DNA of 64,000 nucleotides, from assembly GCA_009103225.1 (NCBI GenBank), contig RHPI01001056.1:1-64000 (forward strand), in the 5' to 3' direction. Position numbers and translations under genes: made by a program. This DNA comes from Chlorokybus atmophyticus (taxonomy: Eukaryota; Plantae; Mesostigma and Chlorokybus algae). The notes under the pieces were generated by a model that saw only the letters and a program-made list of their open reading frames with translations, was not told where the DNA came from and made no database searches. Positions 1 through 11,789 of the stretch are shown here, in pieces. Every line of letters begins with the position of its first letter. Positions within the stretch are counted from its first letter, which is position 1.

Positions 1-1791
1 ATGGAGAAGGCTTTCGCGGGGGGCTTTGTACCAAGGCGCAGGGGAGGGCCTAGCGACAAGAACAACAAGGTGTGTGTCATGTAGTTACTAAGGTGTTCGT
101 GCGATGTGCATGTCTTCAGTGCCTTTGACATGTGCTTGATAGAAAGCCAACAAGAAGAAGCCCAAGATTTCAAAAGAAGTGCAATCTGCCAGCGATGACG
201 AGGATGCCACCTCAGAGGGTGACCTACAGTTTGCACAAAGTTGGCTTTGTCAATGTCGTGTTGAGAACGATGCTTTGTGTTTGATGGTGCCTTATGCATG
301 CAGGTTGTGTGGTGTGTATGATGACCCCTTGTAATTGCACGGCGCCCACGCGTTCACATCCCGCCAGCGATGCCAGCGACGACAGAAATGGCACCTCGCA
401 GCGTGAGCCGCGTCTTGCGCGCGCAGGCAGCTGCTGGAGTACTGTGTGTATATGCAGGCTTTTGTGATCGGTGCCTTGTGTATGCGATAGGTAACAAGGA
501 AGGCACTGCACCACAACCCTCAAGTTCTCCTGCTACTGGTTCACAGGTCAGATGCCGCTCCTGCTTGTACTTTGCTAAACATGTGTTCATGATCGTTCAT
601 GACTGTTGTGTTCAGGCACGTGCCAAGCAGGGTGCTGATGTGCGTGACAGCAGCTCAAGGAAGCGCAAAGTGTCTGGTGATGTACGCAGCATTGGACTTG
701 ATAGAGCGGCAATGCACTGAGTTGTGGCTCACCATCTGACTTCATGCTGTTGGCAGGAGGATGAGGTGTCAAGCCCCCCCAAAAAGAAAACAAACAAAAC
801 TGTTCGCTCGATACCGGCTCCCTACAAGTCTCAGGAGGCAGGCCACTCGACTGGCAAGCAGGAGACGGTGTTGGAGAAGAAGAGCGGCAAGCAAAAGGAG
901 GTATGAAAGCACCATGTACTTGATCTTATGGGCTTCTTGCGTTCTTCTGGCTGCACACAAACTGTCACCTGCGGCAGGCGCGCATTCGTTGCGTGACGGT
1001 TGTAAGCTTGTTAACACGTCGTGTCACCTTGTCGCAGGATGAGCCAACGTATTCAAAAATGCCTGAGACAGATAGAAGCGAGAACAGCGGTGAAGATGGC
1101 GCCAAGGACAGCGCCCCGGACAACGAGGGGGACAGCCCCAACAACAGCGACAACGACTCGCAGAAGGCAGGTCGCTTCGCAAGCGCTGTATGAGAGATCA
1201 CATCTGTGTATGTGTGTACCTCTTGATGTGTTTGTCACTTGCATGCGCAGGAAGAGCTGAGCGACAAGGACGACACCGCACCGACGATGAAGGTTGGCAG
1301 TGAAGTCCAACTGTTCATTAACGGGCGCAAAGAACCAGTAGGGGAGGCGCACGTAAGCGACATCAATCCTGTCAACAAGTTTCATGGCAAGAAGATTGGA
1401 GAGGGCAACATGGTGGTCCAGTTCAGCCGCAGTCTTCCCGTTACTAGGACCAGACGTCCCAGACCAGGGGAAGAAGAGGTCGTGCCTCTGCCAATCAGCT
1501 TCAAGCGTGATGGGGTTGGAGTGCAAGTGACCCACTTGAAAGGTGAACGCGTTTGTGTGCATGCGATTGCACGAACAGTTTCAACATTGTGCAAGTCAGC
1601 TGAGTTCATGTGTGGTTGATGTATGCGCAGAGTGCGAGCCGGGTTTGTTGCTACTTTGGCCTGTTGGGTTGCTGAAGAGTATCAAGGTGAGGGAGCCAGC
1701 AAAGGAAGGCACAACCACACAGCGCGGGAGGGGCCGTGGGAAGGGCAGCCGGGGTGGGCGCGGTGGGCGTGGTCGAGGCAGCAAGAAGTAG
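1..1791 (+). CDS. Spliced Tnp1/En-Spm-like (CACTA accessory, TnpA-type) protein, gene model approximate
   Basis: GT-AG exons joinable by eye (e.g. 1-69, 756-900, 1039-1149, 1251-1542, 1631-1791). C-terminal segment VQLFINGRKEPVGEAHVSDINPVNKFHGKKIGEGNMVV...LLLWPVGLL resembles the Tnp1/En-Spm-like (PF03017/DUF8039-type) domain; RGG-rich tail. Confidence 0.55.
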
Positions 1792-1949
1792 GTAGCAGAG
1801 ATACATTGTAGACATCAGTGAATTTGTTGTTTGAGTCAGCTGCCATTCAGCTGACATTGCTGTCCAAATTCACCGGCTGGAATGATTGCTATGTGCTATG
1901 TCACAGCTATGCTATGTCACAGCTGTTGACGATAGCAAGATGCAGTGAT

Positions 1950-2460
1950 TATTCAACCAAACTGTGAGTGAATAACCACTTATATGTAGGACTATGTGTG
2001 TGAGCAGAAGTGCTGTATTATTCAATTATCATTTGCGTGAAAAATCAACCAAAGGCAGCAGTGTTCAACCATACTATGGGTGAATAACCACTCATATATA
2101 GGACTGTGTGAGAGCAGATATGCTGTATTATTCAATCACAAATCGTATGAATAATCACTCGCCAGTGTGGTACATGTGCTGTTGAAACAGCTTTAGTATG
2201 TGTGAACATTAAGCCAATATGCGTGTGAATAATTACCTATAAGGAGGACATAGTGTGAGAGCAGGCGCTGTAAATATTCATGCACACAAAGTATGAATAA
2301 TCACTTGGTGCCATGGTACAAGTCTAGGACCATGTATACCTAAGAAGACTGAATATGCAGTTCTGTTGCGAGTGAATAACTACTCACATGTAGGAGGTTG
2401 TGTGCGAGATGGACAACTACAATTATTCATGACCAAAACGTGTGAATATCCATTGCTTGT
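1950..2460. repeat. Degenerate tandem subterminal repeats (~115-145 bp period)
   Basis: Recurring GTGAATAACCACT...TAGGACT...GTGTGAGAGCAG...GCTGTATTATTCAAT at ~1965, 2080, 2225 and 2372. Confidence 0.65.
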
Positions 2461-2629
2461 ATTCAGGGCATTTGGCCTGAATAATCAGCAATCGTAACAG
2501 CGACCTCTGCAGCCACGCAAGTGGCGAGTTCACACATAAAACAGATGAGTATTCAGGGCAAATGCGCTGAATTTTCAGAAATTCGGGGGGTCCAGAATTA
2601 CCGGTGCAGACTGGCACCATAAATGGTCC

Positions 2630-3004
2630 ACTGAGCCAGGAGGGCAGCGCACCATGCATGGTCTGAAATATGTCAGTTTAAACAAAGACTTCCGGTCCGC
2701 ATCCATGGACCGTGCATGGTGCGACTGTCGATCACCAGACATGTGGAAGTAATAAACCATGCCTGGTCTTCTGCGCCAGGGGGCATTGCACCATACATGG
2801 TCCTTGCAAACTCATACAAACAGGTCACCATACATGGTGCGACCCCCAAAAAACATGGGACCGTTCATGTGAGGTTTGGACCATGCATGGTCCGACTGTC
2901 ATTAACAGTCCGACCATATATGGTCCCACCAAATTCACTTAGCAGGGGAAAATTCCGGTCCAGAGGTACAGACCATTCATGGTCCTTTGACGTCAATCGG
3001 TGTG
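2630..3004. repeat. Subterminal array of short palindromes (ACCATNNATGGT / GGACC-GGTCC)
   Basis: About 8 copies, e.g. ACCATGCATGGTC, ACCATACATGGT, GGACCATGCATGGTCC, GACCATATATGGTC, GACCATTCATGGTC. Confidence 0.75.
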
Positions 3005-3239
3005 AAACATGACCACATAACAACGCCGAGCTGCTCAGTGGCGCCTTTCATAAACGCAACTTGTGGTGTTGATTTATAACAGCATTAGTCATCTATCAGC
3101 TTGTACTACTAATCCCACTGGTGGCGAGGGTTGACAAACACTATAAATTAAAATTTTGGAAGCTTCTTGTCAAGGACCATGTGGAGCTGCTTAATACTAG
3201 TAACCCCCATGTCGATGAACCCTCGCTGACGATAGTCCC

Positions 3240-4620
3240 TGAGCAGAACCACTGATCTGTACACGCGCAGCTGTTAGCAACAAGCACCACCACCACCAAG
3301 ACAGTGCAGCAGTCGTTACCTTAAAGCCTGCCAGTATGTTGCTTGCACTCAGCCCTTGCACAAAGCATGGTTTGAGCATCTTCAGAAAGTCTTCGTTAGA
3401 TAGCCCTTTTACATGCCTGTGCGTGTTGAGCCATGCTTGGTACTCCCTCTTGTACACATATTAGATCTATTGAAGCATGCCACGTGCAGCACTTGCAGCC
3501 CGTGTGTCGTGTGTGGCGGGAGCACAGGATCTCCAGTCTTATGTCCTTGTCTATTGTACTAACATTGTACCGGCTAACGTGTTCATTACAGATCAGCAGG
3601 GTAGGATTATAAGGACTAATACCACCAGGCATGTTGAGCTGCAGGTGGTCAATCCACGTGGAGAAGTGCTCAGTGGTCCTCAATGCATTTTCTTGGCAGC
3701 TGAGGCTAGCACCTGGCAGGTCAAATGCGTCTCCCCATTTTGGATAGAGATGCTTGCCTGCTGGGATTTTTGTGGGAGGGATTGCAACTCCAGCTGCAGT
3801 GACAGCTGCCATTAATGCTATGTGCTGCCTCGCTCCAGATGTAGCCAGTTGTGCATATCTGGATTTGTTGTGCACAGGGTGTGTCAGTCATGTGTTGTGC
3901 TAGTAGTCAAGCTGCAACTTACACCACGTGCATGACATTAAGCTTTTCATTATGACTTGTGTGTTTTTCAAGGTAGAGTCTGGCTCAAAGCCGATCTCGT
4001 CGCAGGAGATGATACGGTCAGGCCCATCGTTATAAAGATAAGGACCTCCTTCAGGCGCTTAAAATAAACTTTGACAATCCACCTTCCAAAGCTGTGGCGC
4101 CTGCTGGCATCCACAGCTTCTGCCTTACGCTTGCTGAGCTTGTGCCTCTTCATGAAGAGGCACCCATCATGCACTATGTATGCCATCTTTGCGCTGCAGT
4201 CGTCTTGCATTGTTGAAGAGCAGTTTGCCTACGTGCACCTGAATGTCGTACTGCATCATGGCACACCCAATATCATTTTGCCATGTAAGCAATTGCATCA
4301 ACTTGCACTCCTCTTCAACAGTAAACAAGGTAGGCCTCTCCGCTCCTCTGAAATATGACATGTGTAAGCATGACCCCTTGCACTGTGGCACTCGCAAGCA
4401 TGTAACAACTGACATGCGCAAAACCAGAACTCACTTGTCTTTGTCTAAGCGCGCAGGGTCAGCAATGTAGTCCTTCATGGTTGACTCTGGCAGGCCAACC
4501 TCTCTTGCAGCCTCACACGCAGACATGCAGCCCTGCTTGGATGGTCTCTCGCACCTTGGGCAGCAGTGCTTCTGTTTCCTTCCTCTTTATATATGGCCCC
4601 CTCTTAGCTAACCTATAGGT
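3240..4620 (-). pseudogene. Decayed pogo/Fot1-like (Tc1-mariner superfamily) transposase: HTH-psq, CENP-B HTH, DDE_1
   Basis: Fragments in several frames: GCMSACEAAREVGLPESTMKDY; RPTLFTVEEECKL; ALMAAVTAAGVAIPPTKIPAGKHL...FSTWIDHL...PTLLICNEHVSRY; YKREY...DFLKMLKP...NILAGFK. Stops and frameshifts present. Confidence 0.75.
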
Positions 4621-4861
4621 TGGTTCAGCTATGCCTTTGCGCGCAGCTGAACCTGTTTGTTGGTGATGCGTTTTGCACTACCTGCTGCAGCCCTTCTCAC
4701 CTGCCAACAGAGTGCTTGAGATGAGGCACAGGGACATGCTTGCAATATGAACTACATGGGCGAGGATGAGAAGACCTCTGAGCCCAATAGTAGACAAGCA
4801 TAGCATTAGCCTAGCGCAGTAAACAGCAACTTACTTGTGTAGGCATAGCCTCCTTGCAATG

Positions 4862-5467
4862 TGTCATGCCTATCGCCCAAGCATGCCAGTCGTCATCGGG
4901 CATGCCTACAGCGAGACCCTCGCCCGGCTTACCAGCATGGCGACCCGCGCGCGTCACTGACCAGTAGCTAGGTCATGTCTCTAGAGTAGCTCATGACCAT
5001 AGCCTACACAGGCACCGCGCGTAGCTGTTCAGCTGTGAGTTCAATTATAAGTTGGGTTCTATATCGAGTGGGGATTTCCTGTGGAAATAGCCTCGATATG
5101 ACCGTTAGCTTATGTTCTGGACAGTCATGAGTTGACTTGTATAAGTAGGCACAGTGTTCACCGGATCAGCTGGTGACACTGTAAGTGAGAAAGCTAAGAG
5201 CTTGTGAAGCGACTTGAACTACGAAACACACTATCCCGGTTCCCAAGAATCCCCTCACCGTGTGAGAACCTGTGCATGTTCTTGTGCACTGTGCTTGTCT
5301 TTGCTGTGAGCTTTGTGTACTTGGTCGCGGTGTGCTTGTTGGCATCAGTCAGGGCATAGCATCCACGTGTTGCTTGCTCATTCACCTCACTTAACAGTGT
5401 AATTTCTCTTCCACTCATGCAAAGAACTGTGTAAACAGCACTACCTATAGTAGTGGCTTGTTGACTT
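4862..5467 (+). repeat. Terminal repeat A1 (606 bp)
   Basis: Direct copy of 15144-15749, about 13 substitutions by eye (11 transitions). Confidence 0.95.
5140..5145 (+). promoter_or_regulatory. TATA box of the retrotransposon; predicted TSS ~5172
   Basis: TATAAG about 30 nt upstream of the segment complementary to the PBS. Confidence 0.55.
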
Positions 5468-5478
5468 ACAGTGTCACC
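5468..5478 (+). other. Self-priming primer-binding site (11 nt, ACAGTGTCACC)
   Basis: 5464-5478 is the perfect reverse complement of 5172-5186. The A1/A2 identity ends exactly at 5467. No TGG-starting tRNA PBS is visible. Confidence 0.8.
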
Positions 5479-5677
5479 CTCTTTGCTCAAGTGAGTGTAG
5501 TTGCAGGCATTACATCAGCATCGCAATCTGTAGTTGTACACATCACAGTGCAGTGTTGTCACCGTCATCGCATAGCGCGCACAAGCGCTAGTGTGTTGGG
5601 TGATAGCAGCACTGGAGATCCCATTGTAGAGCACAAACACTCTACCCTTCATCCACTTTCACCATCGCATCAGCTGT

Positions 5678-7813
5678 ATGAGCAGGCCCACCCCTTTCTC
5701 GCCAATAGAAGAAGGGGACCTCAACAGCTGGAGCCCAACCTCCAACCTTACCTACGAGCGCGCAAGTGAAGGGAGCGATTACCGTAGCAGCAGAGGCTCA
5801 CGCCCCGTCTCCGGCTTCACCTCCTCTCACTCCACTCCTCGACAACGAGCATCTCCACCACCGTCGGACAGTGACGACGAAGAGATGGAGCCTTCCAGCT
5901 CAACCAACTCCCTACGCTTCTCCGGACGCCCTGGCACCACCTCACTTGACGAGTTCATCATCAAGTTCCACTCCAAGATGCGGCAGCAAGCCCTCAAGAG
6001 CAAGGACTGGACAGATGAGGTATCGTTTCATGTGTCCGCTCAATACCTTGATCACGAAGCACATGATGTGTGGAAGTCCGTCGCTGAGTTGCACAAGATT
6101 GATGGCTATGGCGAGTTGGCCAGCACAACAGCCGCCACGTCACTGCACAGCCCATCGGTTACTGTTCCTGTAGCAGCGGCCCCGCCCGCCTCAGTCACGG
6201 GTCTCACTCTAGCTGCAGCCATGGAGAAGGCAGAGAATGAAGAAGTTGAGGTGGTAGTGGCCTCATTGACTCCTGCAGAGATCGAAAGCAAGAAGGCCGA
6301 GCGCCGGATCAGGATACTCAACCGCACCGCTGCCATCATCAGGGAGCAACAAGAGGAGCAGCAAGCTGCAGCATTGGAGATGGGTACGCCCCTGCTACCA
6401 ACACCGAACTCGCGTGCTCCAGCGGGAGGCAGTGTTTTCACCCTCGGCTCAGTGGCATTGCGTGCACCCGCGCTCACGGTGGGCGCGGCCATGTCGGACT
6501 CCCCGTTGAAGGACCTCTACGCCGCACTCCGGCGCACCTTCCCACCTCAAACCAACAGCAAGGTGGAGGAGTTGAGGCGTTTTCGACGGAAGCCCAACGA
6601 GGACCCTCTCCGACTGTATTCACGGTTGGAAGGGTTGCTTAAAGACACTGACTACAAGATCGTCAGTGAGGAGGCGGCAGCAGTGGTGTATGTGGCCGAG
6701 TTGGATCCCACCCTGAGTGAGTCAACGCGCCTGACGCTGAACTACAGCAGGCCCCTCGGCTACACCCTCAAGGAAGCTTTCGAGACTGCACAAGCCATCC
6801 ACAAGCGCGCAGTGTATGAGAAAGCGGTGCTGGACACCAACCGCAGTGCCTCGCGGCCTATTGCAGGCACAAGTGCAGAGCCTCTTCGGCGGGACCGCAG
6901 CCGAGAGCCGCAAGGTATCCACAACAAGGATAAACGGTCAGCTCATGCTGCCCTTGTGGCTCCAGTGCTGTGCCACCGGTGTGGTCGACATGGCCACTAC
7001 CAAAAGGAGTGCACCGAAGATTACGGCAACCTTGTGTGCGACCACTGCCACAAGACGGGACACTTGGAGACAGTATGCTGGCTCAAGTTCCCTGAGCTGC
7101 GGCCCTCTATTGGCTACAACAACGGCAACAACGCTGTTGGCTACCGCGGTAACAACAGCAACAACAACAACAACAACAACAACAACAACGGGGGCTACAA
7201 CAACAGCAACCACGCTGGCGGCTACAACAACAGCAACAACGCTGGTGGTCGCAACAATGGCAACAACGCTGGTGGCCACAACCCCAACCTCAACAACAAC
7301 GCTGGGGCCCGCAAGGAAAAAGCTGGCTACAGAGGGAAAAACCTCCCTCCACAGCACAAAGGACCTGAGGGACGTCCTCGCGCTGGAGCTGCTGCTGTAA
7401 AGGCACCAACCAATCCACCAGCTATTGACCAAGTGGCAGCCCTGATGGCGCGCGTGGCACAGCTGGAGGAGAACAAGGAGCGGGACTATCAAGCCTGCTA
7501 TGCTGCTAGGTGGGCACTGATGGCACCAAAACGGGATAGGGACACTCCCACGCCGTCACGCGTACAACCATCAAGACGTGCGCGCAGGGAAGCTGGCGCG
7601 TCGTCAACAGCGGCATCGTCGGACGCCACAAGTGGTGCTGCCTCGGCAGCCACAACCACTGCTGGGATGACGCCGTCGACGACGCCGTCGACGACTCCGT
7701 CGGCGTCCACACCGACCACGACAGCAGGTCAGCACTCTTGGCACCACGCTGTCCCCGGTGATGGAAAGCACCCACGCCGCAACAACCATGGTCGTTGGGT
7801 TCGAGGGTGGTGA
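5678..7813 (+). CDS. gag: Gag with two CCHC zinc knuckles and an Asn-rich (AAC)n tract; frameshifted near 7730 into the pol frame
   Basis: CHRCGRHGHYQKEC and CDHCHKTGHLETVC at 6971-7078; gag-like ELRRFRRKPNEDPLRLYSRL; AAC repeats at ~7115-7295. Confidence 0.9.
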   Translation: MSRPTPFSPIEEGDLNSWSPTSNLTYERASEGSDYRSSRGSRPVSGFTSSHSTPRQRASPPPSDSDDEEMEPSSSTNSLRFSGRPGTTSLDEFIIKFHSKMRQQALKSKDWTDEVSFHVSAQYLDHEAHDVWKSVAELHKIDGYGELASTTAATSLHSPSVTVPVAAAPPASVTGLTLAAAMEKAENEEVEVVVASLTPAEIESKKAERRIRILNRTAAIIREQQEEQQAAALEMGTPLLPTPNSRAPAGGSVFTLGSVALRAPALTVGAAMSDSPLKDLYAALRRTFPPQTNSKVEELRRFRRKPNEDPLRLYSRLEGLLKDTDYKIVSEEAAAVVYVAELDPTLSESTRLTLNYSRPLGYTLKEAFETAQAIHKRAVYEKAVLDTNRSASRPIAGTSAEPLRRDRSREPQGIHNKDKRSAHAALVAPVLCHRCGRHGHYQKECTEDYGNLVCDHCHKTGHLETVCWLKFPELRPSIGYNNGNNAVGYRGNNSNNNNNNNNNNGGYNNSNHAGGYNNSNNAGGRNNGNNAGGHNPNLNNNAGARKEKAGYRGKNLPPQHKGPEGRPRAGAAAVKAPTNPPAIDQVAALMARVAQLEENKERDYQACYAARWALMAPKRDRDTPTPSRVQPSRRARREAGASSTAASSDATSGAASAATTTAGMTPSTTPSTTPSASTPTTTAGQHSWHHAVPGDGKHPRRNNHGRWVRGW

Positions 7814-9819
7814 ATCCACCACTCCTGCCTCCATCGAAGCGACCACATCGGCCGCAACTGCTGCCACCCTCACAGCCGCCACCTCAGTAACGACGGCTGC
7901 TGCCGGTGCCACCACCATCGCCTCCAGTAGTGCTGCCACACCCACTGCACCACTTCTTGAGATTCGAACGGCACCGCCACCAGCACTTGACGTCACACAG
8001 CAAGTGCCACGCGGACCACATGCAGAACGCGCCTGGGCGTCGGTTCTACGCAACGTGGAGCCCACCACCATTGCGTACGAACTAGGGGGGCAACGCACCA
8101 CGCACGTGGCACGCGATGATCGCATCTTGCCCCTACCACCTTCAGAGTACCACACGCTGCCAGAATCCACACAATAGCAGCTGGAGAATGAAATCCTCGC
8201 CGGCACTGCACCAGAGATGAGGGATCGTCTCTTCGGGGTCACCTACCGGCGACCTGCAGTGTTAGCACTGGCCATTCAGTTGTTCTTGGCATTACACGCA
8301 CAATTGCAGGGCGCACCCATTCAAACGCGGCAACCCATGCCCGCTCAGCAGATCGACTTCGAGCCCTCGCCACTGGACCCACTCGGACTCCAGCGCCACA
8401 AAATACAAGACGTCGTGGTCACCATGTCAGACATCGCGCTAGGCGCTGACCCCGCTCTCCGGGGGCTCACTCCAGGCAGTTGTCAAGAGCGTTTCTCTGC
8501 CCTCGAACAGGCACATCGTTATCAGGTGGACCAAGCTGCCCAAGTGGATGCGCGCCGACAGGGGTACGAAGCAGCACACGCCGTTATCGTACCAACCGTA
8601 GCTCCAGCAAATGTTGCCAGCGCCTCCACGGCGCTGACCACAGGGTACTCCACGGCAGTCGCCATCGAACAGCCAAGACAAGCAACTGTTGCAGACCAAG
8701 CGAGGGCGTTGGCGCAACAATTGAGGGGGGTAATCGCCCCGCTGTTGCCTGCTTTGGTCGAAGACATGCCTGAGGATCAACGCGATGCAGGGCGAGGGTA
8801 CCTCACCCCGCAAGGGGACACCACACAACGAGGAGGAGCTGGTATGGTGGGGGAGCAACAACTCCGTACCGCACTCATCCGGCAAGCAGTCATGTTGCAC
8901 AGGCCTGAGGGCAACACATTAAGACAGATGATGGGGATGCAAGAGGGCAGCGCCGCTCGAGCCCGTCTCGTGACATGGCTCGTTGCCAATCACCCTGCTG
9001 TCCCCCTGTTTGCCTTTGGCAACCGAGCATCATGGTTGGGGGCATTCGTTCGTTCGCTGCGACAAGCATATGACGAAGCTGCCACCACAGCCCCGGACAC
9101 GCTGGAGGGAGTGCAAGAGGCAATGCTGCGGCTGCCAGGGGTGGAAGCCGCACGACAACGGCGGCGCATCGCCATTGCTCATGAGCTACACGCACAGCAG
9201 ACCGACCTCCAGCGCACCCTACGCGCGCGCGCCATGACCGTGCTCGATGTGGGAGTGGTACAAGGAAGGTGGGATGCCTACATGGCAGGGATCTTGCGAG
9301 TCCCCACCATCACTCGCGACATGCGGCGACAGCTACTACGCGCCGTATACCTGCAGCCCATGCCTCAATATCATCATTGGACCGACACAGACACCGAGCC
9401 CACGGCCACGTGGGAAGGGACGTTGGTCAGAGAAGCGGCTCATGCTATCCGATGGACGTACGCCACGGAGCAAGCTGAATGCGAGGCAGGCCCACAAACA
9501 CCGGGTCCGCCGGGGTTTCCTCCACAGCCATTGGGTACACCCGCGGGCATGATTCCATCTTCGCAGAGGCGGCATCCACCTGCGCCGCCACCACAACCAG
9601 CGCCGAAACCTCCAGCACCGAGGCCCCACCGTGTCTACCAACCACCACAACAAGGTCGGTTCGGCAGAGGGAGAGGGCAAGGAGGGGGATCTCCGGACCC
9701 AGCAGGCAGAGGAGCTCTGGCTGCAATGCGCTCAGCACCCCCAGCTGAGAGAACTGAGGCAAAGGTGCAGACAGCTCGTATGAAGAGGCTGCGTATCGAC
9801 GCCAATGCTGCCATGGTGG

Positions 9820-10200
9820 TCAACCAAGGCAAGCACGTTACCATTAACGGCCTGGCACCCAAGCGAGTGATGTTGGACACCGGAGCACAGCCTGTCATCA
9901 TCGGGCGCTTCCTCGCGCGTTCCCTCGGCATAACCAGCTCCGACTTGGTGCCTTGCCCGTACATGTTGGACACTGCCACAGGTAGCCGAGATAAGGTGAT
10001 GGGAGTCACCAGGGAGGCCTTTTGCATTCGGTTGACAGGGCTGGACCCAACCCACACAACCGAGATCGTCCAGCAATGTGTGGTTACCAATGCCGGCTCC
10101 TTCGACTTTCTGCTTGAGCAGGACTTCAACTTTCTTGTGGGCATGGGCCTCGACTGCTGAACAGAGCGAGCGTGGTTTCGGCCACATTGGGATGAGGATG
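9820..10200 (+). other. Retropepsin aspartic protease domain
   Basis: VMLDTGA (catalytic D at 9876) and FDFLLEQDF. Confidence 0.85.
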
Positions 10201-10599
10201 ACGGAGAGGTGCAGGGTTTCCTGCCTCTCGAGTTGGTCTCGCGCACGCGCGCCCAACGCAAAGTGGCTGCCGTGGCCACACGCAGCCACACCCGCACACG
10301 GGAGGCTGCGACGGCCACATACGACGGCGCTCGGACGCAAGTCGCTGCTTGTGCCACGGCCCCGTGTCGAACCGTCGACTCCTCTCCCACCCCGTACAAC
10401 GAGGAGCAGGAGGATGCCACCGTGGAAGTAGCATTGCAAGACCCAGCTGAACGGCGCTGGCGCGCACAGGTGGACGCACACGTCTTGCTCAGCCATCCAT
10501 TGATCACCACGCGCTTCCCCAACTACCTAAGCCACAACAAGGTGCAGGACCACCATATGGTGGCCACCGGAGTGGTGGAGTTCCACACCTTTCGCAGGC

Positions 10600-11570
10600 A
10601 ACAGGGCATCACAGTGTTGGAGCTGTTTGGAGGCATCGGCAGTGGTCTTGCTGCGATCCTCAACACAGGTGTGAAGGTTGTCAAATACTATTACCGCGAC
10701 CCAGACCCACATGCGCAAACGGTCCTCAAGCACCACTTACGCCAACTGCACGAAAGGTATTCACGTCAACTACCCCTCTTGGCGTTGCAAGGCAGCCTCA
10801 AAGCATTGCCACAAGACATGCGGCTGATCACCGAAGATCACCTACTGTCCCTCGGCAACGTCGACCTATTTATAGCTGAGTGGGAATGCTAAGGGCACTC
10901 CAGGGCAGGCAAGGGACAAGGCTTCGAAAACCCTCGCTCCGGGCTGTTTTGGGAGCTGATGAGAATCATCCACCTCCTTCAACACCACCAAATCTCCAGA
11001 CCCCTGGGGTATGTCATCGAAAATGTACATTCAAAGGACGACAAGCGTCCACACGTGGCCTCCAGCTACCGACAAGTTTGCTCCATTCTAGAGCACCCAC
11101 CCAAGGTGAACGCTGCATGACATGGCTCGCGCGCACATCGTGTACGTGCCAAATGGACAAACTTGGCCGCCGTGGAGGAACTCATGGCCGCAGAGTACAC
11201 GCGCAGCGCTCGGCCGTGCAAACTGCTGGTCGATGACATCCTTGACCCCAGCCGCAATGCACAACCTGTCCTGCATCATGACCACCACCACTTCTACCCG
11301 CGCAATCAGCCCGGTCAACCCCGTCGCGCACTCCCCACATTGGTGTCCTACCCGGGCTCCTACGCATTTCGGAACGGTGGTGACGGGATGGTGTTTGATG
11401 CGACCACCAACAAGCTAGAGGAACCCAACGCACGCGAACGTAAACGCGCCATGGGATTCTTCCCCAACAGCATCACGGGTTCATCGCTGACAGATAGTCA
11501 GCAATGCCAGCTGCTTGGCCGCGCCATGGACCAGAACAGCATGGTATGGTTGCTGGAGCTGAGTTTCGCA
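10600..11570 (+). other. C5 cytosine DNA methyltransferase domain within Pol
   Basis: Motif I VLELFGGIGSG (10614-10646); motif IV DLFIAEWEC*GHSRAG (Cys at 10887); motif VI YVIENV (E at 11019); motif VIII HRVRAKWTN; motif IX ERKRAMGF; motif X LLGRAMD. Confidence 0.9.
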
Positions 11571-11789
11571 TTGCAGGACCGCCACGTGTCCTTCGAGGAT
11601 CTGGAACACTTGGCTGGGGGGTGGGCTGATTGCGTAGCCAACAGGCACACCAAGGCAGCTCACACAGCCCTTGAGGTGGTCCACATGGATGAGCAAGCAG
11701 CAGTGACAGTGGAGGACATTCCCGTGGTCGCCAATGCAACCTCCTGGGACCATGCCATTGGCCCGTTGGCCACAGAAGACACTTGAGAG

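Larger units (their letters stand above)
1..3004 (+). mobile_element. Right part of a CMC/EnSpm-like DNA transposon ending ...TCGGTGTG
   Basis: Tnp1-like gene followed by subterminal repeats and a GTG terminus (reverse complement CACACCGA) that matches CACACGGA at 60371. The other end is outside the window, so no TSD check. Confidence 0.5.

Noticed and set aside
7604-10522. Long antisense ORFs over the retrotransposon (e.g. 7604-8242, 9635-10522, 14153-14857)
   Set aside because: Shadow frames of GC-rich coding sequence with no recognisable domains; no REM1-like antisense regulatory ORF is supported.
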